Positions 26,357 to 36,597 of a stretch of DNA of 64,000 nucleotides are shown here, one piece after another. The notes below the pieces were generated by a model. It worked only from the letters and a program-made list of their open reading frames with translations, did not search any database and had not been told where the DNA came from. The position numbers were made by a program, and so were the translations under genes. This stretch comes from a virus. Its lineage: Duplodnaviria; Caudoviricetes. The stretch spans positions 61 to 64,060 of the IMG/VR virus record IMGVR_UViG_3300008267_000039. One strand, 5' to 3'. The number at the start of each line of letters is the position of its first letter. The first letter of the stretch is position 1.

Positions 26357-27304
26357 TCAAAAAGGATCAAGTATTTCTCCATCAAATCCAAACATCTGGA
26401 AATCTTCAAAACTAACTATTCCTCTATCTTTTAATGGATATATGTCTTGACCACCACCCAATTCTCTAATCTGAATCCTATCTATAAGAGTTACAATGCC
26501 TTGACCATAAATTGGAGTTGGTGTTGGCGTTGGAGAAGGAGGTGATACAAGTTGATACAAAGATGATTTTCCATGCAAATATTGACCATCCGATAAAAAT
26601 TGAAATTTTCTTAAAAATATTCCGCTTGATGTGTTATATGTATTCTGATCGCTTGGAAATTTATATTTTGCACTATTAAATGTAACTTGAACGGGATTAC
26701 TACTCGCATCCATCATCAAAACAAAATGATATATGCCTCCCTTTTTATTTCCACTGAAATCTGAAATATACGAATCTGTATCTGTTATATATGTTGTTAC
26801 TTGACCCGCACTTAAATCCAACACAATGTTCAACGGATTGCTTGGATATATAAAATCATTCTTGAATGTTTTTTGTCTTGTTGATTCTTGAACCTTGTTT
26901 GTATACATCGTATTTTCGTTGTATACAGCATTCCAATAATCCAGATTGGCGCATAATGTTAAAAAGGTGGATTGATAATTCGCGGAAAGTGGTTTTAATT
27001 TGTTATATACAGTCCAATATTCATTCCAAAATGCACTGTTTGAACAAACCGTTGTATATGTTGTTAAATATTTTTCCCAAGTTGCGGAATTTGAATTTGT
27101 TATACTATATGCACTCCACCAGTCATAACTATCCGTTTTTGCAATAAAATTTCCATCTATTGTGTAAAGATCGTTATAAAATATTCCTTGAAAAGGAAAT
27201 TGCAAAGAAGCAATCGGATCTTTTGCCGACTCAGGATATCCAAAAGATGATACCGTGTGGTGATTGCTTCTGTGAAAATTGTTGTGGAAAATGAGGTTGT
27301 TCAT
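26357..27304 (-). CDS. Structural fiber-like protein, paralog of 27311-28312
   Basis: FHRSNHHT...DPIAS N-terminus, YTTVCSNSAFW repeats, PT linker and C-terminal modules. Confidence 0.7.
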   Translation of the reverse strand: MNNLIFHNNFHRSNHHTVSSFGYPESAKDPIASLQFPFQGIFYNDLYTIDGNFIAKTDSYDWWSAYSITNSNSATWEKYLTTYTTVCSNSAFWNEYWTVYNKLKPLSANYQSTFLTLCANLDYWNAVYNENTMYTNKVQESTRQKTFKNDFIYPSNPLNIVLDLSAGQVTTYITDTDSYISDFSGNKKGGIYHFVLMMDASSNPVQVTFNSAKYKFPSDQNTYNTSSGIFLRKFQFLSDGQYLHGKSSLYQLVSPPSPTPTPTPIYGQGIVTLIDRIQIRELGGGQDIYPLKDRGIVSFEDFQMFGFDGEILDPF

Positions 27305-27310
27305 GTCTCA

Positions 27311-28312
27311 TTATTGGAATCCAATCAAATTATCCCCACTTCCGAAAAATACTATTGGGTCATTATCGACAAATGTTGTAATTTGATTCGACGGAGTTGG
27401 AGTGGGTGGAAATAAGATCAAATTATCCCCACTTCCGAAAAATACTATCGGATCATTGTTAACAAACGATATGACTTGATTCAACGGTGTTGGTGTTGGA
27501 GTGGGTGTTTTTGTTGGAGTTACTGTTGGTGTTGGAGTTGGGCTAACGGGAATTAGATTTGTTTTATAAAATTCCCCATACATGAAATAGGAATCGCAGA
27601 GAAAATTGAATATCGTGGTTCCAGATAATGCGAAATTTATATCTGTTGCAATATTAACTCCAACAGGAAACAAATAGTTGCTCTCAAAAGTCAAACTATA
27701 TCCCCCAGATGGGGAACCTTGCACAACATATAAATTATACAATCCACCATTTTTCATTGTGGAAGGAACTGGGTTTTTAATTGTGACGTTTCTATCAAGA
27801 GTTAAAAATGCAACTTGTGCGATATCCAAGTTCCAATCTACCGTATTATCGCCATTGATTGTTAAATTATATCCACTGAATGTTTTTGATCTTGTGTTTT
27901 CTTGGACTCTGTTAGTATAGAGAACATATTCATTAGCCCAATTTGCACTGTTTGCACACACTGTGGTATATGTCGAACTCCAATTTGCAGAATTTGCACA
28001 CAATGTAGAATATGCACTGAAGCCCTTTCCCCAATTCGCACTATTAGCCTTTACTGTGGTGTATGTTGTTCCAATTGAATCCCAATTGGAAGACAATGAA
28101 CAAACTGAGGCATATGTACTATACCATTCATAGGAATTTGTGGGGATTTCATACGACCCTTGTTGATCTGTTAAGATATTATAAAAAATACCATTGAATG
28201 GTTCTTGCTGGCTCGCAATCGGATCAATGCCTTGATCCAACACCGATGCACTGGACAAGGTGTGGTGCGATGATCTGTGAAATTTGTTGTGAAGTCTAAA
28301 AAAACCAGCCAT
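27311..28312 (-). CDS. Structural fiber-like protein
   Basis: FHRSSHHT...DPIAS, YTTVxANSANW repeats, WNLDIAQVA domain, PT linker, duplicated C-terminal module. Confidence 0.7.
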   Translation of the reverse strand: MAGFFRLHNKFHRSSHHTLSSASVLDQGIDPIASQQEPFNGIFYNILTDQQGSYEIPTNSYEWYSTYASVCSLSSNWDSIGTTYTTVKANSANWGKGFSAYSTLCANSANWSSTYTTVCANSANWANEYVLYTNRVQENTRSKTFSGYNLTINGDNTVDWNLDIAQVAFLTLDRNVTIKNPVPSTMKNGGLYNLYVVQGSPSGGYSLTFESNYLFPVGVNIATDINFALSGTTIFNFLCDSYFMYGEFYKTNLIPVSPTPTPTVTPTKTPTPTPTPLNQVISFVNNDPIVFFGSGDNLILFPPTPTPSNQITTFVDNDPIVFFGSGDNLIGFQ

Positions 28313-28323
28313 AATGTTATTTA

Positions 28324-30156
28324 TTAATTAAAGGGTAACAGAGGATCGTTGCTGTCAAATCTCACAATATCCGATGAATTGATAAATGTTACAATTCCTT
28401 TTTGCATTTGAGTAAAGAGAAATAGAGGATCGTTGCTGTCAAATCTCACAATATCCGATGAATTGATAAATGTCACAAGCCCTTGTTGTCCTTGAGTTGG
28501 AGTTGGAGTTACGGTTGGAGTTGGTGTTGGAGTTTCGACATCAATATTCGCATAGTAATCCAAAGAATTGTCCAAATCAACGAAATCTAATGTTTTTTCT
28601 TGGAGATCGTAAAGTTTTTCAAATTCCCTGTTTATTACAGAATATTGGAAGTTTTCATTCACTCCAATAACAAAATCTGTTTTATATTGCAATGGTTCCA
28701 AATTGAATATAAATTTGTTGTAGATTTTTCTAATATCTGTAATTGAACCGAAATCCCCGTCTTTTCTTATTAGGTTGTAGTAAATATTATTTTTTAATAC
28801 ATCCAAATTTTTTGCGATTTTCTTGAAATTCTTTTCATAGACCCATGCTTGGTTCCATTCGTTTCTCTTTACTAAAATTTCATCTCTTGAATAAACATCA
28901 AAATCATCATTTCCAAGAACACTTATCAAATCGAGTTCATCTTCATAAATTAAAATTTGATAAGCATTTGCGGTTGAATTCCAAGTATAAATGTATATAT
29001 TGTCAGATGAAAAGGTTTTGGTTGCTGTGGTAAACCATTTGAATTCCGAATTGTTTCCAAAGTCCGAAACATTTTTTCTTCCTATAATTTCATCCTTTCT
29101 ATATTCCCACTTTTTAATAAGTGCCTTGTCTGTCAATATGTAAATTATATCATTCTCGTATTTGCAAAATTCCAAGTCCAATATGATTTCATTATCATAT
29201 AGAACGGATGAGAGAGACTGGAAAGAATTCAATGTGATTTGGTAATTTTCCAAATTCAAATCAAATACATAATAACCATCTTTCGTTATACCATAAATTG
29301 TATTTTCATCCTTGAATTTGATATTTTGAAAAGATGTGATGTTCTTATAAAGAGTTAATAGTGTTTTATAAGAAAGAAAATCTAAACTGGAATCATAGAG
29401 TTTCAGTATTTTATTACCATAATCTTCTACAAGAATAAATTCCCCATATGTCGCCATATTTGTGGGAGTTTCAAATTTTATGGAATTGTATCTTTCACCT
29501 TGACCTCCCACACTGTCTTGCAAAAACAATCTTCTTCCAAATGGGGATGATGGTGATTTGAAAATATTGTCATTGGAAAAATATGTTTCCAAATCATATT
29601 TGTATATCGTGTCCAGTTTTTCATCCGATACACAAAGATATTTGTCATTGAAAACGGAAATGTCACTTATCTTTTGAAATTTCAATTCACCGGAAATTGG
29701 ATCAACGGTTGAAACAATATTCGGGCAAACTTGGCAAAAATTATTATTTCCGTAATATCTTAGGACATTAATAGCGGACAAACAGTTGATAAAAAAGTAA
29801 TAAGAATCACCATCTTTATAAACTGTGGCATTTTTCGCATTATCCAAATTTCCAAATCCAGCATCCGCAAAAGGAGATGAATTTGTGAAATCTTGATAGA
29901 TTCCAATATCTGTCCCAGTGACTCCAATAAATCCAGTATATGTTGTTGGAACTTCAAAATTTGCAACAAAACATCTGCTGTACAAATAAAGAAAATTATC
30001 ATAGAGATATGATAATTTCATGTTAAATGCCTTATAATAAGACAACTCATTTGGTTGGATCAAATATTCGATCTTAAAAGGCAATGCATCATTGACATTC
30101 AACCTTCTATCATAGTTGAAATTACTCTTTGAAAATTCTGTCCTGATGCTTGTCAT
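28324..30156 (-). CDS. Baseplate-associated structural protein, propeller-like, with C-terminal tandem modules
   Basis: IGVNE...VINR motif; 50-nt exact duplication 28340-28389 / 28424-28473. Confidence 0.65.
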   Translation of the reverse strand: MTSIRTEFSKSNFNYDRRLNVNDALPFKIEYLIQPNELSYYKAFNMKLSYLYDNFLYLYSRCFVANFEVPTTYTGFIGVTGTDIGIYQDFTNSSPFADAGFGNLDNAKNATVYKDGDSYYFFINCLSAINVLRYYGNNNFCQVCPNIVSTVDPISGELKFQKISDISVFNDKYLCVSDEKLDTIYKYDLETYFSNDNIFKSPSSPFGRRLFLQDSVGGQGERYNSIKFETPTNMATYGEFILVEDYGNKILKLYDSSLDFLSYKTLLTLYKNITSFQNIKFKDENTIYGITKDGYYVFDLNLENYQITLNSFQSLSSVLYDNEIILDLEFCKYENDIIYILTDKALIKKWEYRKDEIIGRKNVSDFGNNSEFKWFTTATKTFSSDNIYIYTWNSTANAYQILIYEDELDLISVLGNDDFDVYSRDEILVKRNEWNQAWVYEKNFKKIAKNLDVLKNNIYYNLIRKDGDFGSITDIRKIYNKFIFNLEPLQYKTDFVIGVNENFQYSVINREFEKLYDLQEKTLDFVDLDNSLDYYANIDVETPTPTPTVTPTPTQGQQGLVTFINSSDIVRFDSNDPLFLFTQMQKGIVTFINSSDIVRFDSNDPLLPFN

Positions 30157-33100
30157 AAATTTTTAATATTTGTGAGAGAGTTTGAAACGTTATAATCTCC
30201 TTCCAGTACAAGAGGTTTTGCTATAGTATTAAGCCATTCAAATCCCAAAAGTTTTCCATAAAATGGAAGGAACTCCTCAATTCGTGTTGAAATATAATCT
30301 TCCATGTCTTTTTGGATATTTCTATCCACAATTCCGGAATTCAAAACAGTGAATTTGAAACTTCCACTCTTGTACATTGGAACATTGAAATTGAAAAGTT
30401 TGTCCATGCTGTCGATAAAGCTTCTTGTTCCGGATGGCATATTGTATTTCAAATCATTTGGAGGGTTAATCTTACAATAAAAATAAAGAGATTCAAACTC
30501 ATCCAAAAACTTGTTGATAATAAAGTTTTCTTTTAATTTCAGTTTGGAACAAGTGAAATCACTCTCATCTTTCATATATTGAAATGCAGGAACACCGTTG
30601 AAATAGACATTTGCACCATAATATAGTCTTTCATTGAATGTTTTGGAAAGAATGTATTTTCTTGGTTCAAAATTCACGGTTCCATACAATCTTCCGTCCA
30701 AATAGAATTTCGCAACACCCTTATAACAATCAATGCTGAAAACAAAGTGCCTGTATCCTGTTGCAAGATCATTTTTATCAATAATAAAAACAACATCTGT
30801 AAAATCTTCAATATTGAGTCGATTTAAAATTCTCACCTTGAAGTGATATGTTTTTTCGTTATAGGTCGCACTCAAGCATTGAATGTTGTGATTGTAGTTT
30901 GAAATATCCAAATTGTTCTGAATCAAATCATACTTTTGATTTAATTTAATAACTTTTTGATTATATTTTTCATCCAGTTGAATGACATATGATGCACTTA
31001 AATTTTGACAAAATACATTTTTGAATTTTCTTAGTTCACCATATTCGAATTTTTCACAATAACTTATTTGTTTTGCACTTAGGGAATATGCACTAAGTGA
31101 TAATGTGAATGCACGTTTCAATTCATCTTGTTCGTATTGGAGGAAATCACTTCCAGAAACAATATCGATTTTTTCATCTTTTGTTACTCCAAAACAATCT
31201 ATATTTTTATTCAGTGTGATTAGAGAAGAAATAGAACTTAAAGTTGTGGAATAAGTTTTAATCTCATTGGAAGAGAGATAATAGATGTTTGTGTTTCTAA
31301 TGACTGGTTGTTTTCCATAAACCTTGTAAAGGTTTTGATTGTTATCTACAAGCAATTCAAAAGAGGAACCAACATCAATTGATGTTTTTTCCACTACAAC
31401 CGATGCATTGTTTGAGTTCAAATCAACTGCTGCAATTCCATTTGATGTTGCGACATAGAAATAATTTTCATCATTTGTTGTGGAAAATACTTGATCTGTT
31501 GGTTGAAGGGATAATATATCCGCAATAGCTGAATTGGAATCGACAATTGTTCCCCTCAAGTTCAATTCAATCAATCTAAAATCTTCTGCAACAGCATGGA
31601 TGTTTTCAAAACCATTTCTTCTCGCTATCCCAACAATTGAACAGAGGCTCATATTCTCTGTGGAAAGATCATCAATTTTTTTAAAATTATTGTTTAGAAT
31701 TGAAATGGTTGTATCGTCTTTTTTTAGAATATTATATGGTGTTGTTAAAATATAATTATAGAAGCCAAATCCATTGTTTACATAATTTCCAAATATCAGG
31801 TTTCCGCTTGGAACACTCCAATCTTCTTTTTCCAAGAAGAATGAAAATGTTGCAACATTTTGGTCAAAGTTCTTGTTGGATTCCACGAATCCAAATGTTT
31901 TACCATCAAAAGTGTATTCTCCTGTTTTATTTTCTAATTCTAAAAAATTTGTTTTTCTGTATGCATCTAAATCGGTGTGCAAAATTTTAGATGAAAGGGA
32001 CTCAACTATGAGATTTTCGTAATCGTTTTGACCCAAGTGCATGTAGGCATAGTAACAACCTTTTTCAAAGGTAAGACTGCTTTTGACATCGGAAACGTCT
32101 TCTTTCAAGTCCAAACAATCGAAACTATTTTTATATATGATTTCTGTTGCAGTCGCGGATAATGCAACATAAGGAGTTGTTTTGGATGGTTTATAGTAAC
32201 GATCCATCCAAATTGGTCTTGTATTCGGGTTTCCAGCGGACAACCAAGCACATAACCATTGACCCGTGTTTTCTTCGCTTGGATTGGAATATGGGGAGGT
32301 ATTACGGTAATCTTTAAGTTTTTTCCAAATCTTATCACTGTTTAAAGGACAATTTCCACCAACAGCACCAGATTCCGCGAGTTTACTGGAATTAACATTC
32401 AATTTTTCGTATGGATATATGTCATGGGGTACGTGAAAATATGTCGTCTTTCCGCTTTTAAAAACAAATGGAGTCGTATATGCGGAATATCCCAAGTTGA
32501 TTTTATCGTACCCTTCATTTCTATATCCACCTGTAAAAATACTTTCGTATTCTTTTAAATTGGTTTCATTCTCTCCGAGAAATACGTTTCCCCTGCTTTG
32601 ATCGTTCTCTTGGTTTAATTGATTTTTCAATGTCATCACATTGACAGGAAGAGAAGAAACAATCGAATTGATTGTTGTTGTAAAAAGTTGATTGTTTTTT
32701 ACATCAAAATGACTTCTTGTTTTGCTGACTTCCAAATTATTTTGATTGAAAGTATCATTATACGATACCCAATTGTTTACATTTGACATTCCATCTACTT
32801 CTTGTTTTCTTTTTATATAAAAATTGTTATCATTTGAAAACGCGGAAACGTATGTCATTAAAAGATCGCTGTTCTTTTTTTTGATCGCATAATTTCCAAT
32901 TTTACTTTGAACGTAGAAAATTATTCCGTTTTCATTTAAAATATAATTCAATTCGGTTGGATAATTGTCTATATTCGTTGCAGTTAAACATATCATTTTA
33001 ACAGAACTTAGTGCAAGAGAATAAGCAAGTATATATTTTAAATTATTTTTTTCGTGATAAATTTTACATTTATCATCGTTCAAAAAATCGACTTGGAATA

Positions 33101-33467
33101 TGTTTTTTCTTCCCAAATCTTCAAACAATCCATTGACTTTTACATTTTCCCCATCATTTATCCAAAATGTTGCATTATTATTAAATGCACCAGTAGAACT
33201 GGAATATATGTATGCAAGTTCATTTTGACCATCCAATGTTTCGTGTTTGAAGTCCAAAAATCCACTGAGATTATCATTTCTGGATAAAATTGTTACAGTG
33301 TAATTGTTTGTCTTAATATCTTTTGTATTTTTAAAACTCGGAATGATATTGTAATTTAAATTCCCATCAACATTCAATTGAATGTTTTTAATATCCATAT
33401 TATCATCAAATGGATATTCCACATTCATTGTATCGTAACTTTTGTCTGAAATGAATCTTGTAAGCAT
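30153..33467 (-). CDS. Large baseplate-associated protein with LamG-like segments
   Basis: 1104 aa; YRHFVFSID...KFYLDG; lies in the baseplate cluster. Confidence 0.65.
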   Translation of the reverse strand: MLTRFISDKSYDTMNVEYPFDDNMDIKNIQLNVDGNLNYNIIPSFKNTKDIKTNNYTVTILSRNDNLSGFLDFKHETLDGQNELAYIYSSSTGAFNNNATFWINDGENVKVNGLFEDLGRKNIFQVDFLNDDKCKIYHEKNNLKYILAYSLALSSVKMICLTATNIDNYPTELNYILNENGIIFYVQSKIGNYAIKKKNSDLLMTYVSAFSNDNNFYIKRKQEVDGMSNVNNWVSYNDTFNQNNLEVSKTRSHFDVKNNQLFTTTINSIVSSLPVNVMTLKNQLNQENDQSRGNVFLGENETNLKEYESIFTGGYRNEGYDKINLGYSAYTTPFVFKSGKTTYFHVPHDIYPYEKLNVNSSKLAESGAVGGNCPLNSDKIWKKLKDYRNTSPYSNPSEENTGQWLCAWLSAGNPNTRPIWMDRYYKPSKTTPYVALSATATEIIYKNSFDCLDLKEDVSDVKSSLTFEKGCYYAYMHLGQNDYENLIVESLSSKILHTDLDAYRKTNFLELENKTGEYTFDGKTFGFVESNKNFDQNVATFSFFLEKEDWSVPSGNLIFGNYVNNGFGFYNYILTTPYNILKKDDTTISILNNNFKKIDDLSTENMSLCSIVGIARRNGFENIHAVAEDFRLIELNLRGTIVDSNSAIADILSLQPTDQVFSTTNDENYFYVATSNGIAAVDLNSNNASVVVEKTSIDVGSSFELLVDNNQNLYKVYGKQPVIRNTNIYYLSSNEIKTYSTTLSSISSLITLNKNIDCFGVTKDEKIDIVSGSDFLQYEQDELKRAFTLSLSAYSLSAKQISYCEKFEYGELRKFKNVFCQNLSASYVIQLDEKYNQKVIKLNQKYDLIQNNLDISNYNHNIQCLSATYNEKTYHFKVRILNRLNIEDFTDVVFIIDKNDLATGYRHFVFSIDCYKGVAKFYLDGRLYGTVNFEPRKYILSKTFNERLYYGANVYFNGVPAFQYMKDESDFTCSKLKLKENFIINKFLDEFESLYFYCKINPPNDLKYNMPSGTRSFIDSMDKLFNFNVPMYKSGSFKFTVLNSGIVDRNIQKDMEDYISTRIEEFLPFYGKLLGFEWLNTIAKPLVLEGDYNVSNSLTNIKNL

Positions 33468-33492
33468 TTTGGAAAATGTCCCTAGAAACTAT

Positions 33493-34572
33493 TTAGATGA
33501 ACGTTTCCAGTTCTGATCCACCAAAGCGAATAACATTTCCACCATTAACAAATGTAACAATGTTGGGATTGAATCCTGTAATGAATGGATACATGTCTTG
33601 ATTCGCAAAAGATACTATCTGATAATCTTCAAAGCTAACTATTCCCTTGTCTGTCAATGGATAAATGTCTTCCCCTCCACCGAGTTCTCTCATTTGTATT
33701 TTATCCACAAGAGTCACAATACCCTTATCATATACAGGTGTTGGTGTGGGACTTGGCTGCGGTGGAATGACGGGATTTACATTTACAGGTGGAATTGGAA
33801 TCTGTATTGTCGTTGTAGAAATTTGTTGCAACAATCCAATACCAAGAGGAATTGCAAGTGGTGCTTCAGTTGCGAATGGTAATTGTTGAACAGTTTCTTC
33901 CAACTCAAATTTCAATGAAGTTGAAATGTTTGTGAGTATTAAATCATCCTGTAAATTATCATTTACAAACAATAATACATTTGATGATTTTTTGTAAAAA
34001 GGAACAACCTCAACTATTGTTTTATCCTTATAAGAATCAAAAATACCACATTGAACAGAAGTTAAAGGAATTGTTATGTTTACAACATTTCCATCCTCAT
34101 AATAAATTTCAAACTTGGGATAAAACAAAGTATAAAATTCTTCACTTGGATAGTAGGTAGATTGTATTGAACTTAATACTGGATAATACAATTGACTATT
34201 TTGTATTTTTGAATCAAACGTTTGTGATTCCAATCCATTATCTGGATTAAAAATGAGTTTGATTATTTTAGATTCTGTCTGATCAAACTCTGATAAATCA
34301 AAAGTAACATCTGAATTACAAAAAACATAGTGACCCTCCAGAATTAATTCATTTTCGGGTAAATCATCATATGCCAATTCAGTTTGCCCACCGCTTAAAT
34401 ATTCTGTAAAAATTGTTGCGATTTCTCCACCAAATACGCTTGTTGGGTAAAAAAACGACAAAGGTGATGCCATCGGATCAAGCAAATATCCACCATGCAA
34501 AACGTTATAAGTGTCCGATGCGCTGAATGGTGATAGATATGTGCCTGTGACAACAATGGTCAACGATGTCAT
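33493..34572 (-). CDS. Structural protein with Pro-rich linker and three C-terminal modules
   Basis: TAAATA at 34578-34583; GIVTLVD..., GIVSFED... and NIVTFVN... modules. Confidence 0.65.
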   Translation of the reverse strand: MTSLTIVVTGTYLSPFSASDTYNVLHGGYLLDPMASPLSFFYPTSVFGGEIATIFTEYLSGGQTELAYDDLPENELILEGHYVFCNSDVTFDLSEFDQTESKIIKLIFNPDNGLESQTFDSKIQNSQLYYPVLSSIQSTYYPSEEFYTLFYPKFEIYYEDGNVVNITIPLTSVQCGIFDSYKDKTIVEVVPFYKKSSNVLLFVNDNLQDDLILTNISTSLKFELEETVQQLPFATEAPLAIPLGIGLLQQISTTTIQIPIPPVNVNPVIPPQPSPTPTPVYDKGIVTLVDKIQMRELGGGEDIYPLTDKGIVSFEDYQIVSFANQDMYPFITGFNPNIVTFVNGGNVIRFGGSELETFI

Positions 34573-34600
34573 ATGATTATTTAATAGATTGGCGATAGAA

Positions 34601-36031
34601 TCACGACCAACCTATGAATTGACTTTCAAATCCAGCGGATGCAATTAAAGTTAAAGTTGTTCCAATTGGATACATGTATTCACAATAATCATTGCAATAT
34701 ATACAGTTATTCTCATCTAACAACACATAACCATAACCTGATCCTGTTTTATCAATTGAAAGTATGGCATAGATTGAATCATCACATAAATTAGCAGAAA
34801 ATACAGTCCCGCTTGTTGAATAAACGTTTAAATACAGGATTTCGTTATCAGGATACGTTGGTCTAACAACATCAACTTTAAATTCTTCGCTACCTATGTA
34901 AAAATTGGAAATTTCATAAACTTTATTTGAAACACTCAAATATTGAAATTCTGTTCCATAATTTAAAATAAGGTCACTTACGTTATCTTTAACATTAATT
35001 GCGGAACAACCAATGAAAAAATTAACATTGTTATATGACTCCCAATCGAATTGAATCACATATTTTCCAATTTTATTGATTTGTAAAACATCGGAATTTG
35101 ATGCAAAAACATAATTTAAACCATTTTCATCGACGTTTTCTACGATTTTTAATTTATAATCATCTTTTCCACCAAGATATGCCGCTTTATTTGAAATTCC
35201 TCTCACATAATAAGGCATTTCTGGATTGGAATAATTATTGTCCAATATATAGTAAAAAGGCTTCAACAATATCGGAGTTTCCGATATAAATGTATTATTT
35301 TCAGATTGATAATATAATTTTTCACTGACAACAAATGGCAATGCATTCACATTTCTGGCCATATATGTCAGATTGAATTCATTCAATACAGGATTTTTCT
35401 TGAACGATCCACCCACGTATTCAAATAAATTTATTTCAGGAAGATCGCCCAAAGATGTGGAGAGAGAATAAACTCTGGTGTCCGTGTCATTAAGTGGATA
35501 TATTTTTTTATAATCCACTTTTTTCACATCTGTTGCATAAATCTCAGGTATGATTTGTTTATAGTTTGAAGATGAGAGAGAATTTTTTTGGGTCGTTAAA
35601 AAAACCAAAAACATTCTTTGGAATTTTTCATCGTACCAAGGATTGATGAAAACATCCAAATATTTGCTGACTTCTCCTTTTTTCTTATAAAATGGTTTTG
35701 TATTTGTATTTTTAAATACATTTGTTTCAATATCATACAAATAAGAGTCACTGACGACATAATTATCTGTTTCTATGACAAATATGTTGTTTATCAGGAA
35801 AAATTTTAAACTTTTATTTTCAACTTCTTCTTTTACAGTATTTGGATATTTGAAAAAAATAGAGGAAAGAGTATCGACAATGTTGTTCGTTTTCCCATGG
35901 TAATTGTTTCTAACAAATATTTTACCCTCAACCACATTTTTTCTTTGATACAAAGAAACGTTTTGCGGCTCCCTTTCTTGGAAAACTGTATTTGAGTCGG
36001 AAATTAATCCACCATCATTCAACATTGACAT
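34601..36031 (-). CDS. Baseplate-associated protein ending in a truncated InlB B-repeat-like domain
   Basis: TAAATA at 36037-36042; ends KTGSGYG...C...C...GTTLTLIAS...FIGWS-stop. Confidence 0.65.
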   Translation of the reverse strand: MSMLNDGGLISDSNTVFQEREPQNVSLYQRKNVVEGKIFVRNNYHGKTNNIVDTLSSIFFKYPNTVKEEVENKSLKFFLINNIFVIETDNYVVSDSYLYDIETNVFKNTNTKPFYKKKGEVSKYLDVFINPWYDEKFQRMFLVFLTTQKNSLSSSNYKQIIPEIYATDVKKVDYKKIYPLNDTDTRVYSLSTSLGDLPEINLFEYVGGSFKKNPVLNEFNLTYMARNVNALPFVVSEKLYYQSENNTFISETPILLKPFYYILDNNYSNPEMPYYVRGISNKAAYLGGKDDYKLKIVENVDENGLNYVFASNSDVLQINKIGKYVIQFDWESYNNVNFFIGCSAINVKDNVSDLILNYGTEFQYLSVSNKVYEISNFYIGSEEFKVDVVRPTYPDNEILYLNVYSTSGTVFSANLCDDSIYAILSIDKTGSGYGYVLLDENNCIYCNDYCEYMYPIGTTLTLIASAGFESQFIGWS

Positions 36032-36057
36032 ATTATTATTTAATGGTGAACGCTAAA

Positions 36058-36200
36058 TCAAAAAGGATTAACATTTTCTCCATCGAATCCTTGGACTTGA
36101 TAATCCTCAAATGTCACAATTCCTTTCAATGGATATATATCTTCACCATCTATTTCAGTCATTTGAACTCCGTTAATCAAAGTTACTATTCCAAGACCCA
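36058..36200. repeat. 143-nt dispersed repeat, copy 2
   Basis: About 91% identical to 22658-22800. Confidence 0.9.
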
Positions 36201-36597
36201 TAATTGTCTGAGTTGGAGTTACTGTAGGAGTGACCGTTGGAGTCGGCGTTGGAGTAACTGTTTTAGTTGGAGTTATGCTTGGTGTTGGAGTAACAGTTGG
36301 AGTTATTGTATTAGTTGGTGTTATGCTTGGAGTTGGAGTAACAGTTGGTGTTTGAGTATTGGCTGGAGTCTGAGTTATGGTTGGAGTTATGCTTGGTGTT
36401 GGGGTAACTGTTGGAGTTATTGAAGTTGTTGGAGTTACCGTTTGAGTCGGTGTTGGAGTAATAGTCGAGGTTGGAGTTATCGTTGGAGTGACGGAAGATG
36501 TGGGGGTCTGAGTTGGCGTTGGAGTTAACTTGAAAAAGTTACAACAGACCTTAACATTCCCCCTAATTTCAACTGTCAAATCATTTGTTTCAATCAT
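36058..36597 (-). CDS. Small protein: B-repeat end, long PT linker, tandem C-terminal modules
   Basis: ATGA overlap with the upstream gene; about 105 aa of TPT repeats. Confidence 0.7.
   Translation of the reverse strand: MIETNDLTVEIRGNVKVCCNFFKLTPTPTQTPTSSVTPTITPTSTITPTPTQTVTPTTSITPTVTPTPSITPTITQTPANTQTPTVTPTPSITPTNTITPTVTPTPSITPTKTVTPTPTPTVTPTVTPTQTIMGLGIVTLINGVQMTEIDGEDIYPLKGIVTFEDYQVQGFDGENVNPF

Noticed and set aside
34577-34603. TGA recoding (GWS-TGA read as GWSG or GWSW)
   Set aside because: All core genes are intact in the standard code, and read-through adds only FYRQSIK before TAA, which does not complete the domain.
22658-36200. 143-nt repeat pair as a diversity-generating retroelement TR/VR
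   Set aside because: Mismatches are not adenine-specific on either strand, both copies are coding gene ends, and no reverse transcriptase is in the window.
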